A DNA stretch of 63,906 nt, filler included, from Octopus bimaculoides (taxonomy: Eukaryota): assembly GCF_001194135.2 (NCBI RefSeq). It is 6 parts of 6 records of this genome, joined end to end, with 100 filler letters (N's around TTAATTAATTAA, not from the genome) between each part and the next. Parts side by side here need not be neighbours in the genome. Positions count along the whole stretch, not along the records: positions 1 to 19,304 come from NC_068982.1; positions 19,405 to 39,324 come from NC_068999.1; 4 more parts are not named here. The stretch is one strand, 5' to 3'. Below the pieces are notes generated by a model. The model was not told the origin of the DNA, searched no databases, and was given only the letters and a program-made list of their open reading frames with translations. Numbering within the stretch: position 1 is the stretch's first letter; each line of letters starts with the position of its first letter. Positions 11,608 through 23,759 of this stretch are shown one piece after another. A program made the translations under genes and the position numbers.

Positions 11608-12378
11608 NNNNNNNNNNNNNNNNNNNNNNNNNNNNNNNNNNNNNNNNNNNNNNNNNNNNNNNNNNNNNNNNNNNNNNNNNNNNNNNNNNNNNNNNNNNNN
11701 NNNNNNNNNNNNNNNNNNNNNNNNNNNNNNNNNNNNNNNNNNNNNNNNNNNNNNNNNNNNNNNNNNNNNNNNNNNNNNNNNNNNNNNNNNNNNNNNNNNN
11801 NNNNNNNNNNNNNNNNNNNNNNNNNNNNNNNNNNNNNNNNNNNNNNNNNNNNNNNNNNNNNNNNNNNNNNNNNNNNNNNNNNNNNNNNNNNNNNNNNNNN
11901 NNNNNNNNNNNNNNNNNNNNNNNNNNNNNNNNNNNNNNNNNNNNNNNNNNNNNNNNNNNNNNNNNNNNNNNNNNNNNNNNNNNNNNNNNNNNNNNNNNNN
12001 NNNNNNNNNNNNNNNNNNNNNNNNNNNNNNNNNNNNNNNNNNNNNNNNNNNNNNNNNNNNNNNNNNNNNNNNNNNNNNNNNNNNNNNNNNNNNNNNNNNN
12101 NNNNNNNNNNNNNNNNNNNNNNNNNNNNNNNNNNNNNNNNNNNNNNNNNNNNNNNNNNNNNNNNNNNNNNNNNNNNNNNNNNNNNNNNNNNNNNNNNNNN
12201 NNNNNNNNNNNNNNNNNNNNNNNNNNNNNNNNNNNNNNNNNNNNNNNNNNNNNNNNNNNNNNNNNNNNNNNNNNNNNNNNNNNNNNNNNNNNNNNNNNNN
12301 NNNNNNNNNNNNNNNNNNNNNNNNNATATATATATATATATATATATATACATACATATATATAAACAAGTAGGCTGT

Positions 12379-12490
12379 TGGGCGTGCATGGCCAAATGGT
12401 TAGCGTGTTGCACTCATGATCGCAATATTTTAGTTTCAATACCTGAACCGAGTAGTGTGTTGTACTCTTGAGCGAGAATTTTCATCTAAA
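12379..12490 (+). mobile_element. SINE family C head
   Basis: GGGCGTGCATGGCCAAATGGTTAGCGTGTTGCACTCATGATCGC...GTTTCAATACC...GTGTTGTACTCTTGAGCGAG. Confidence 0.55.
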
Positions 12491-13059
12491 TCTACTTTGT
12501 GATCACTTCGACACCTGACACTGTTCATCTGTTCAAGCAACGTAGATTTGATGGAGGAAGTGAGTTATTGTACAGCACATACATTTCATTGTTATATTCA
12601 AATCCCGGACTACGAGAGACTACCATCTCACACACAGAAACATACACACACACACACACACACGCACACACATAGATAGAGAGATAGAGAGAGAGATATC
12701 AGTATGTAGTGTATATATGCTAACACCAAATTTACTGTAAGTGCTATTCAGTTATCTTATAATCATGAAGACAGAATTTTTTCTAAAGCTTAACCGAAAA
12801 CCAGACTCTTGTTGCAGGCGTCCTTTTGTTCTCCATGATGTAGGAAAGGGACAAACTGAACAATTCCATTTACTTCCAATATTTTCCTTCGTACACTTCA
12901 GAATTTTGATACAATTGTTGAATATAATCGGTTTAATCCGTGAAATCTGCTTATAGAATTCTCCTTTTCCAGTAGAAAAAAAATATTGTTTGTTTCCGAA
13001 GGAAATGGGGCGAAATGGCGGAAATATCGAAAATGTTAGTTTCTAATTTTGGCATAATG

Positions 13060-13706
13060 CCACCAAGTTCGGGTGGAGGTGATAAATCGATTACATCGAC
13101 CCCAGCGTTCAACTGATACTTATTTTATCGTCCCTGAAATGATGAAAGACAAAATCGACCTCAGCAGGATTTGAACTCAGGACATAAGCACGGACGAAAC
13201 ACAGCTTAGCATTTTGCCCAGTGAGCTAACAATTCTGCCAGTTCGCCACCTTAAATATCAAAGAATATTCTTTTCTACTCTAGGCACAAGACCCAAAATT
13301 TTAGTGGATGGACCAGTCGATTAGATCGTCGACCCCAGTATGCAATTGGTACTTAATTTATCGACTCCGAAAGGATGAAAGGCAAAGTCGACATCGGCAG
13401 TATTCAAACTCAGAATGTAAAGACAGACGAAATACCACTAAGCATTTTGCCCGGCGTCCTAACGTTCCTGCCAACTCGCTGAAGAATATTCTTTTCTCCT
13501 CTAGACACAAGGCCCGAAATTTGGTGGGAGGGGTCCAGTCGATTAGATCGACACCAGTACGCAACTGGTACTTAATTTATCGACTCCGAAAGGATGAAAG
13601 ATAAAGTCGACTTCGGCGGAATTTGAACTCAGAGAGTAAAGGCAGACGAAATACCGCTAAGCATTTCGCCCGGCGTCCCAACATTTTTGCCAGCTCACCG
13701 CCTTAA
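13060..13706 (-). mobile_element. Three head-to-tail copies of SINE family B
   Basis: Three successive ~210-bp homologous units, each followed on the + strand by (AATATC)(G/A)AAGAATATT. Confidence 0.88.
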
Positions 13707-13832
13707 TATCGAAGAATATTGAACAAAAAATATCGCGAGTTGTGTTTGTTTTAGTTAAACTATAAAATAAGGGGAGATATGTAATTCATACAGAAAGACA
13801 AACCTTTCAATAAATAATGACATGTTAAGTTA

Positions 13833-14001
13833 GGCGTAGACGTGTGTATGTGGTTAGAAGTTTGGTTCCCAAGTACATAGTCTCGAATTCAGTGTCCCAC
13901 TGCACAGCACCTTGGGTAAATGTCTTCTACTATATTCCTAGGCCGACTAAAGCTCTGTGGGTAGATTTGGCAGACGAAAACTGAAAGACGCCCGTCGTAT
14001 A

Positions 14002-14066
<65 letters not shown>

Positions 14067-14335
14067 NNNNNNNNNNNNNNNNNNNNNNNNNNNNNNNNNN
14101 NNNNNNNNNNNNNNNNNNNNNNNNNNNNNNNNNNNNNNNNNNNNNNNNNNNNNNNNNNNNNNNNNNNNNNNNNNNNNNNNNNNNNNNNNNNNNNNNNNNN
14201 NNNNNNNNNNNNNNNNNNNNNNNNNNNNNNNNNNNNNCGACTAAAACTCTTCAAGGCAGTACCCCAACAAGGCAGTACCCCAACAAGGCAGTACCCCAAC
14301 AAGGCCGTAGTCCAATGACCGAAACAAGTAAAAAA
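13833..14335 (+). mobile_element. SINE family A, full structure (head-(GT)n-tail) spanning a gap
   Basis: Head 13833-14003, (GT)n, N gap, tail GACTAAAACTCTTCAAGG...GAAACAAGTAAAA with a 15-bp unit AGGCAGTACCCCAAC triplicated. Confidence 0.8.
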
Positions 14336-14384
14336 AAAATGCTTTTTTTAATAAATAAAGATAAATAAAGAATCTACCACTCAC

Positions 14385-14421
14385 CTTGTACTACTTCACG
14401 ATACGGCGAGCGATAAACCAT
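14385..14421 (-). CDS. Probable first coding exon of the amine oxidase gene (MVYRSPYREVVQ)
   Basis: ATG at 14421, preceded by an in-frame TGA; perfect donor AAG|GTGAGT at 14385/14384. A phase-1 splice to the acceptor at 9295 gives D-F-N-W-R-T-E-D-M-A in frame with the 7257-9272 ORF. Confidence 0.55.
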
Positions 14422-15675
14422 AAGTGGAGGTCAATCTTTACTTGTTTCGTCACTGGATGATGATTTGGGTTGTTATAATCTTCCAACTTTTCTTCCTTAA
14501 TAACATTTCAATATCAACACTTGTGCGAGAATGGGTGAATCGTTTTATTGTCTCCTTTTCTTTCGTTCTTTTCTTCCTAATTTCCTTCCACTTTCATTTC
14601 CTCTTTCTGTGGGTATGGATGTGTTTTTATGTGTTCTTACGTGTGTGAGTGTGTGTGTGTGTACTTTCATAACTACATCTCACCTCATCTATTTATTTAT
14701 CAATTTTAAAAAATTAGTTTTCGAAAGTTATTCTTCCGTAACTTATTTCATAATGAATTAACAATCCGAACTAATATTAAATAACTTTCAACAAAAATTT
14801 TCACTAAATATTTGCATTTACATTTTTATGTAATCCAAGTCATCTTTGTAATTTTATTTCTTGCTGAAATCCCCTCAAAGTTTTTTTTTCCTTTTTTTTT
14901 GCTTTTGTTTTCCTTTTTTGGAAGGCGTTTTTCGCTTTTGCTTTTGTTTTTTGTTTTTGTTTTTCTCGTCAATATTTAATAAATAGAGGGAGAACGGGCT
15001 TATTTAATAGGAATTATTGAAATATTAAATCTTATTGCCTAAAGACTTCGGCTATTTTCGTTGTTATTGTTGTTGTTACTACTACAACTGCCGTTATGCT
15101 TCATTCATCGCCAATAATAAGACAAACCCAGTGTAAAATTTAGATGTCATAACGCTTGCATACACTTTTCGGGAGTATCTTCTACAACATCATGTTTTAG
15201 ATGATGTAAGAAGATGACACAAAGTATTCTAGTGATTTTTAAACGCAAACGATATTGACGAAAAAACAGACGTCATACTAATGTTTGTACAGAAAAATAA
15301 ACATGTAAATCAAATGATATACATAGACCAGAATCGCCAAGATAAGAGAGTGATTTGAATAACAGGGTTGGTGAATTTTAATTGAGAGCAATCTCTCTGA
15401 GTTTTGATACTAAGTCCGTGTTTGACTGACTATGAATAACGGGACTTCATCAGAGGAGATTTCCAACTCTTGTAGACACCATAATGAATTAATATCCATA
15501 GGCAGTTCTGATGAAATATATCTAGTAAATGCCAACTCTAAAATCTTTAATATATTCAATATAAATATATGCATCGTTTCCACCTGATGAGAGGCAGCTT
15601 TAGTCACAATTAAGTGAAAGCCACCAGTCAAAGAAAACCATGCTTATTTCTAAGGTTCTATATTGATAGAATTCA

Positions 15676-15730
<55 letters not shown>

Positions 15731-15754
15731 TCATTATTATTATTATTATTATTA

Positions 15755-15965
15755 TTGTTGTTTCAAATTTTGCTACGAGAGTAGCAATTGTTTGAAGGAA
15801 GGGGATGAGTCAATTACATCGACCTCAGTGTTCAACAGGTATTTATTTTATCGACCCCGAAAGGATGAAGTCGACTTCAGTGGAATTTGAACTCATAACG
15901 TAGCGACGGGCGAAATACCGCTAAGCATTACGTCCAGCATGCTAACGATTCTGCCAGTTCGCTGC
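15755..15965 (-). mobile_element. SINE family B with (AAT)n tail
   Basis: Reverse-complement family B sequence. Its tail meets a plus-strand (AAT)n at 15680-15729. Confidence 0.8.
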
Positions 15966-15972
15966 TTCGTAT

Positions 15973-17383
15973 ATTTTACCCCAGTGTCTCTTTGATGGCA
16001 TGCATTGCTCTCTCAATCAAAATAGGCTGGCCGTGGACTTTTGCAACTGGAATTGACACGGAAGATTGCCACGGTTGGCCTAAACACTGATCTGAAAAAC
16101 TCTGATGACTGAATGTTAAAACTTCTCTTAATGCATGAAAACAAGAAAGCATCATACTCAGTAACAAAACAGGCATAGAAATATCTAAGTGAATTCCAAA
16201 TACAACAAATCCCAGAATTAGACGTACTGGAAACAAGCACAGAAAAAGCTAAAGGTATGAAAACCCTTGCTAAAACTGTTGCTTTAGATATTCTTACTAA
16301 TAAATGGCAAGTAAAACCTCTCAATGGCAAATACCCAAAGAGAGCTAATAATGCTGATGTTCACAAGGCCCTTACCCATCAATTGTTAGTGTCTTCTGGC
16401 TTAAAATCAGAGACAGATAGGTTTATCATAGCAACCTAAGATCAATGCCTACCTACAAGAAGCTACCAGGCCAACATCTTAAAGAACAGCAACAGCTCAA
16501 TATGTCGGGTGTGTAAACAACAAAATGAAATCATCGAATATGTTGTCTCCAGGTGCAGTTTTCTTGTGTCTACAGAGTATCTCAGCAGGCATGATAGAGC
16601 GGCAAAGTATATTCACTTGGTAATTTGCAAACACATGGACCTGCCCCGTGATAGAAACTGGTGGGAATACAAACCAACTCCAGTGCTTGAAAATGATCAC
16701 ACCTCACTCCTTTGGAACTCTACTGTTCAAACTAACAGAAAGATAGATGCAAATATACCAGACATTATGTTGAAAGATCTCAGGCAAAAACATGCCTTCT
16801 CATCGATATGACTAACTCAATCGACATAAATACATCTGTCAAGACTTACCTAAAACCGAGCAAGTATAAAGATCTTGAAATAGAAATTGGCAAAATGTGG
16901 AACCTTCAGAATAAAACAATACCTGTTGTCATAGGAGCTCTAGGAATGATAGCAAAAGGAGCTGATTGTTACCTATCTCAGACACCGGGAAACCCAAAAT
17001 GGAAGAAATTCGAAAAATAGTGCTCATAGGAACTGCTCATATCCTAAGAAAAATATTGTCTATATAATCCCCAAAACATTTTAATCAGTAAACAGTATCA
17101 AAACACTTAAATGTACATAATAGCAAACACCTTTTACTGTCATCATATCATCACACTATCATCTTACCATCAAATTACTTTTAAAACAAACTTCTAATCT
17201 TCTTGTTTTGACAGGCATTCTCTAGAACAATATTCTGTGCAAAACCAAAAGTGTGGCACCATAGTCATAGCACCAATTTGAACTTCTAACTGCTGTCTCT
17301 CGAGGTCTCTGGGTGAGACTTGGAGTCAATTTGTACAAATACAAAGAAAAAGCCAAACATATAATAATAACAATAATAATAAC

Positions 17384-17450
<67 letters not shown>
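15973..17450 (+). mobile_element. R4/Dong-clade (RLE) non-LTR retrotransposon, 5'-truncated copy 1
   Basis: KWQVKPLNGKY..GLKSETDRFIIA; CCHC knuckle CRVCKQQNEIIEYVVSRC; RHDRAAKYIH; RLE motif NIPDIMLKD..LID...KYKDLEIEIGKMW..IPVVIGALG; 3' UTR, then (TAA)n. Confidence 0.88.
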
Positions 17451-17452
<2 letters not shown>

Positions 17453-17454
17453 CT

Positions 17455-18062
17455 CGAAAGTGTGACTTACATTGTTAGTGCTTGTGCAGAAAAAGTACAA
17501 GCATAAACACGACAGAGTAACCCAAAACCTCCACGGGCTACTATGCCGTAAATGTGGATATGTTACAGGTCCTTGGTACCAACATACACTGGAAAAGGTA
17601 ATGGACGAAAAGAAGAAGGCAAAAATCCTCTGGGACTTTGATTTCCATACAAACAAAGTGTTAGAGCACCGAAGGACAAATAAGAGTGCCTAATAATCGA
17701 CGTAGCAGCGCCAGGAGATAAACATATCATCATGAAAGAAATAGAAAATGTTGATAAATATGGAGACCTGAGAATTGAGATCGCTAAAATGTGGCAGCTA
17801 AGAGTCGAATATAAAGGTTATCCCTATTGTAATCGGAGCATTGGGTTCAATATCACCCAATCTGAAAAAACATCTGAAAACCTTAGAGACACCTTACAAT
17901 CTAGATGTATTGCAAATGTTGGCATTGCTTGAAACTGCACGCATATTGCGTAAAGTACTCTCTGTCTGAGGTCCTTGTTGTGACTTGACAAACAATACAA
18001 ACCCCCGGTAGACACAATATCTTCAATCAACAACCTCACGATATTGTATACTGTGCGACGTC

Positions 18063-18128
<66 letters not shown>
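17455..18128 (+). mobile_element. R4/Dong-clade copy 2 (5'-truncated, different subfamily)
   Basis: YKHKHDRVTQNLHGLLCRKCG..WYQH..KILWDFDFHT..IIDVAAPGD..KYGDLRIEIAKMW; distinct 3' UTR; ends in (TAA)n at ~18065-18128. Confidence 0.85.
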
Positions 18129-18129
<1 letters not shown>

Positions 18130-18133
<4 letters not shown>

Positions 18134-19135
18134 GCCACAAAACACGAACAAAACAAAAGACAGTTTCAGTCTTTAAGGAAGCTGACAAATACAAAAAAAG
18201 AAGTCATAGTACCTAACAACTATGAAGAAAAAGAAGAAACATCAAAAGCTGTAAAACAACTGAAATCCAAACTAAGACTAGAACAACAACGAATCATGAT
18301 AAAACGATGGCAAGAAAAGCCCCTTCATGGCAAATATTGGGTGAAGCTAAACAGAAAAGTAATAGAAAAAGCAAAACCCTAACAATGACGGAAAAGCTCA
18401 GGGCTCAAAGCAGAGACTGAAGGATTTTTAACTGCAGCACAAAATCAAAGCCTTCCCACCAGAAATCACCAAAAACACATAATGTAAAGAAATACAAGTA
18501 ACTGCAGAATATGTGGCGACGGAGAAGAAACAATAAATCATATTGTCTCTGGCTGCCCAGTCCTGGCTAAGAAGGAATATGTTCACAGGCAGGACAGAAT
18601 TGGGACCTATATGCACTGGAAGCTATGACAGCACTATGGAATAACAACAGAAAAAAGATAGTACATGCTAGAAAAGGTCACTGAAAGTGAGAAAGCAACC
18701 ATACTCTGGGATATGCTAATACACACGGATAGAGAAATTAAGGCCAATAGACCAGATATTGTTGTCAAAGATCATGAAGGAAAAAAATGCTTTCTAATTG
18801 ATGTACCAATACCAGCAGATGACAACGTTTCCCTAAAAGAAATGGAGAAACTTTCAAAATACAAAGACCTGGAAATAGAGGTAACTGAAATGTAGATCAT
18901 AGTACACGCATTAGTTATGATAAAGAAACATTCAGACGAAAACATAACAAAAACACCAGGATTTGCAGGTATATATAACATACAGAAAATAGCACTAGTA
19001 GGCAGCGCACACATCCTACGTAAAACACTTTCAATACAGTGAAAATAAGAGCACCACAACAAACACAGCATATACCCAAGGCACACAGAGCTGCGCTCAG
19101 TAGTGATAAAGCACGTGATAAAAATAAGACTACTA

Positions 19136-19194
<59 letters not shown>

Positions 19195-19260
19195 GGGAAG
19201 ATAATAATAATAATAATAATAATAAGGGAAGATAATAATAACAATAATAATAATAATAAC
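18130..19260 (+). mobile_element. R4/Dong-clade copy 3 (5'-truncated)
   Basis: WQEKPLHGKY..GLKAETEGFLTAAQNQSLPTRNH; CRICGDGEETINHIVSGC; ANRPDIVVKDHEGKKCFLIDVPIPADDNVSLKEMEKLSKYKDLEIE; ends in (TAA)n from ~19136. Confidence 0.9.
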
Positions 19261-19304
19261 GACATATATTTATATATGTATACATATAATCATGCGTATA
19301 TACA

Positions 19305-19404
19305 NNNNNNNNNNNNNNNNNNNNNNNNNNNNNNNNNNNNNNNNNNNNTTAATTAATTAANNNNNNNNNNNNNNNNNNNNNNNNNNNNNNNNNNNNNNNN
19401 NNNN
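19305..19404. other. Artificial scaffold linker (44N-TTAATTAATTAA-44N)
   Basis: Exactly 100 bp with a six-frame-stop palindrome. Identical structures at 39325, 53113, 58712 and 60957. Confidence 0.97.
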
Positions 19405-19716
19405 CCTTTGGAAATGTGCTGTAAATGAGAAGACCCGGCAAGCCAAGTAAGATCGTTGCCAGTGCCCCTGGACTGACTTGTGCGGGTGGCACATAAAAGA
19501 CACCATTTCGAGCGTGGCCGTTTTCGTGCGGGTGACACGTAAAAGCACCCACTACACTCTCTGAGTGGTTGGCGTTAGGAAGGGCATCCAGCTGTAGAAA
19601 CTCTGCCAAATTAGACTGGAGCCTGGTGTTGCCATCCGGTTTCACCAGTCCTCAGTCAAATCGTCCAACCCATGCTAGCATGGAAAGCGGACGTTAAACG
19701 ATGATGATGATGATGA
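19405..19716 (+). mobile_element. RTE LINE 3' end, internally shortened
   Basis: GAGAAGACCCGGCAAGC...TCAAATCGTCCAACCCATGCTAGCATGGAAAGCGGACGTTAAACG followed by a (ATG)n tail; shared with 20076(-), 26035 and 61057. Confidence 0.85.
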
Positions 19717-19815
19717 TATATATGCCGCCAACACAGTTTTCTTCAAAATATGAGTAGTTTATCCTGTTCATGGTATATTATTAGCATTATCCTGCATTTG
19801 ATAATTATATTATTG

Positions 19816-19851
<36 letters not shown>

Positions 19852-20075
19852 TATGTATGTATATACAGGTGCAGGCATGAATGTGTGCTAAGAAGCGATA
19901 TGTAATAGACTGCCTAAATAGCAATCTTGAGAAATTAGGCTTCTCAAAACCAGATAGCAGAAAGCTAATCCGAAGGCTATAGATCCAATCTATCACTGGA
20001 ACTATAAAAATCTGTAAAACTTTCCGGAAGTTTATCATTTAAATATATATATGAACTTGTCTAGATATGGAACAA

Positions 20076-20700
20076 TCATCATCATCATCATCATCGTTTA
20101 ACGTCCGCTTTCCATGCGGTACTGGCAACGGCCACGCTCAAAATGGTGCATCTCATGTGCCACCCGCACAAGAACCAGTCCAGGGGCACTGGCAATGATC
20201 TTACTTGGCTTGCCGGGTCTTCTCACGCACAGTACATTTCCAAAGGTCTCGGTCCGTAGTCATCGCCTCGGTGAGGCCCAATGTACGAAGGTCTTGCCTC
20301 ACCACCTCAGCCCAGGTCTTCCTGGGCCTACCTCTTCCACGGGTTCCCTCAACTGTTAGGGTGTGGCACTTTTTCACGCAGCTATCCTCCTCCATTCTCA
20401 CCACATGTCCATACCAGCGCAATCGTCTCTCTTGCACACCACAACTGATGCTTCTAATGTTCAGCTTTTCTCTCAAGATACTTACACTCTGACGGGTATT
20501 CACATTGACATTACACATCCAACGGAGCATACTGGCTTCATTCCTTGCGAGCTTACGTATGTCCTCAGCAGTTACAGCCCATGTTTCACTGCCATGTAGC
20601 ATGGTTGTTCGTACGCATGCGTCATACAGTCTGCCTTTTACTCTGAGTGAGAGTCCCTTTGTCGCCAGCAGGGGTAAGAGCTCTCTAAACTTTTGCATGC
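20076..20700 (-). mobile_element. RTE-clade LINE 3' fragment
   Basis: KFRELLPLLATKGLSLRVKGRLYDACVRTTMLHGSETW...RRLRWYGHVVRMEED...RGRGRPRKTWAEVVRQDL, then a deleted 3' UTR and (ATG)n tail. Confidence 0.92.
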
Positions 20701-20753
20701 GAATACATACATAAAACAAAACATGCAAATCTACACACATACATACATATACA

Positions 20754-20787
<34 letters not shown>

Positions 20788-21241
20788 CATACACCAAACT
20801 AAAAATACCCTGTTGTTGATGCTGAAATTCCAATGAAGGAGGCTTGGATCTAGGTTAGAAACTGACTCTTTCTCTATTGGCAAGAAATCTTGAAATAAAA
20901 TTGAATAATGACTCACACACACACACACGCACACACATACACACACAGACACATGCACACACACAAACACACACACACACACCATTGTCGTCATCATCAT
21001 CATCATCATCAGTTCATATGTCCGCAAAAGAAGCACTTTGAGTTTGATGAGTTGCCTATATGGTTAAGTGCTTTATAGGTGTGAACCAACGGTCACGCTA
21101 TGACTAGCCATAACAATTAACTTCCTAAAATAGATATATATACAGACACACACACACAGAGACAGAAAGATAGATAGATAGATACCTAGTACCTATCTAT
21201 CTAAGTAGAAAGATATATATGCATAATTATAGATGTGTGTA

Positions 21242-21327
<86 letters not shown>

Positions 21328-22893
21328 TATATGAAGGCAACTAGATCATTCACTACTGGGTTTCCATGGTTGTATTGCAGCGTATGCAAACACAAACATC
21401 TGTAGAGGAAATTGATTAGCATTGCACACATATAAAGTTGGTTCTATGTACAGTTAGTTCTCATGGAAACGTGTGAGAATAAGCAATAAAAATAGTGATT
21501 CAAGTTAAGAAAGCATTATTGTTCAAATCTGCCCAGTCAATTTGTTATTTTCACAACTGATTTGCCAATAGCTTATTTGATGCTTTACACAAGTATAACA
21601 ATATTTTCTCTTCTATAAACTGATTCTATAATTATTACTCTAAGAATTCATTTTCACTTATAATTTAATCTCTTTTTTTTACAATAAAATGGCAATGGGA
21701 GAGGAATGAACAGCTATTTTTTGTTTTACAATTGAAATTGTGATAAAGAATATCTTGTAGCAGGAAAGTTAATATTAGGAAAGACTGTAATAGTTTAAAA
21801 TTGAATAGGAAATGCTGTTTGTGCCAAGTAGCTTCTGGCTTTAATTTAAAATGGAACTCTTGAATGACTTAAAAATTTACAAAATGAATAGATCCATGCC
21901 ATTGCAATTTTAAAATTATTGTCTCTCAATGGAATTACTTTTCCTCTGAAGAAAAAGAAATGAACTAGAACTACAGAAACAAAAGCTGATTACTTGGAAT
22001 AATATGATAGATTTCTTTTTCAACCAGCTTTAATAAATATATATGAATATTTTTTAAACATGTTGTGTTCATCAAATACTTCTTATTTGTATATATATAT
22101 TTACAAATACATGGTCCAATAAAGAAAATAGTGATCAAAACTAAAACAGAAAGGATTTCTTCGAAGTAATAAAGAGCAATTAAAAAAAGAAGAAAAATGA
22201 GTGGCTAGCTATAATTTCTAAACTATTTTAAAGTGTTAGGAAGTGTAAACCTTTATCATAATTAATTTAAGAACCTTTTGTTATGTTCCAATACCAGCTT
22301 AATTATAAAAAGTGAATTATTTTACTATCTAAATTCTTGATTACTTTCAAAATTATTCAAAATGCAGAGATTTTCATGAGAAGTATAGTTAGAAAAGGGC
22401 TTGCAGCCATATTTCAATATAGGCTTATGTCCTGGATGGTAAAACACCGAGTTTAGTGTAGCGATTACTATGGTATGGTGTATTGTCTATCATAACTGAA
22501 GTGGAGGGAAGAGGGACATTATCAGCGGATCCAGTCTTAGCAAAAATATGTATACATATATACATCTAATAATGTTCCATGGAGTGTCATGGGCTGAAAA
22601 AATTTCAACTTCTTGCTTAATGCAAGCCCTTAGTAATCTAGTAGACTGTCTCAGTATTACGTGTCAAAAGTGAAACAATAAGATCTCTGTTGTAATGTGA
22701 GATAATAGTTTCAGTTTTAATACTTTCACTATGTATATAACATACACATAGTGAAACTATTATCTCACATTACATATATACGTGCACACATATATACATA
22801 TGTGTATATATATGTGTGTGTGTGTGTGCGTATATATATAGATGTATATGTATAGATGTATATATATATAGATTTATATGTATATATATATTA

Positions 22894-22969
<76 letters not shown>

Positions 22970-22985
22970 GCATATATATATATAT

Positions 22986-23530
22986 AAACTTACTTGGAAA
23001 TGGATGCATGGCATTCAATCAAATAATAATGTAATATATATATACACACACATGCATATATGGGTACAGGACGTCACCGACAGTTAACGACATGAAATAC
23101 AAAAACAAATGAGTTCAATACGCAAACGGGAGAAACAAATGGAAAACAGGAGAAGTAACACAAAGAATGTCCCTTCATCAGTTATCGGCTGTCTATCTAC
23201 TCCTCATTTTGAGCACTGAATGATAATATGAGTTTTCGAAGACAGTTGCTCCTATCAGTACCAAAATAGAATTTTGGATTTATGGAGGGTCAAAGTTGGG
23301 AACAAAAACAGGACAGAGGAGACATACAAGGAAACTGAACGAAAACAAACATGGAAAGTGTTAGACCAGAACGAGGGTAAAATAGCGAACGCTAGAGAAA
23401 TATTTTCTTTGAAAAGAAAGAAAGATAGAAGAGAGAGAGATAGAATACGTCCAGTCCTTAGGACAGTTCTGAAGGAAAAGGAAGATGGACAATGGTCATG
23501 TGTGAGCAACAAGAGAGAGAAAAAGAGAAA

Positions 23531-23576
<46 letters not shown>

Positions 23577-23661
23577 TAGAGAACAGTGAAGGATTTATGG
23601 AGGGTCAAATTTGGGAATTATTATTTGATTGAATGCCATACATCCATTTCCAAGTAAGTTT
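22986..23661. repeat. 45-bp inverted repeat pair (22986-23030 / 23617-23661) enclosing a 27-bp direct repeat pair
   Basis: AAACTTACTTGGAAATGGATGCATGGCATTCAATCAAATAATAAT versus its reverse complement, 1 mismatch. Inner GGATTTATGGAGGGTCAAA(G/T)TTGGGAA at ~23276 and 23591. Confidence 0.85.
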
Positions 23662-23759
23662 TTCTTTTTGGTGCAACTCTACTCTATACTGTTTTCTCCC
23701 ACATCCTTTTCTCTAATTACCTTTTTCTCCCCTTCACTGTTGTCCATGAAGTCATCAGA

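Noticed and set aside
11224-12490. tRNA genes
   Set aside because: Only tRNA-like SINE heads; no complete cloverleaf or acceptor stem.
13060-13720. CRISPR-like regularly spaced repeats
   Set aside because: Eukaryotic SINE copies of ~210 bp; no repeat-spacer architecture or cas genes.
15440-15640. CTGATGA motifs (15497, 15584, and minus strand at 15445) as further hammerheads
   Set aside because: No correctly spaced stem II + GAAA + stem III/NUH could be formed.
19349-19360. TTAATTAATTAA palindrome as piggyBac TTAA target or homeodomain site
   Set aside because: It sits centred in exactly 44+44 N at five places, so it is a synthetic linker.
23170-23190. Minus-strand CTGATGAAGGG as a hammerhead core
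   Set aside because: Not followed by GAAA or a closing helix.
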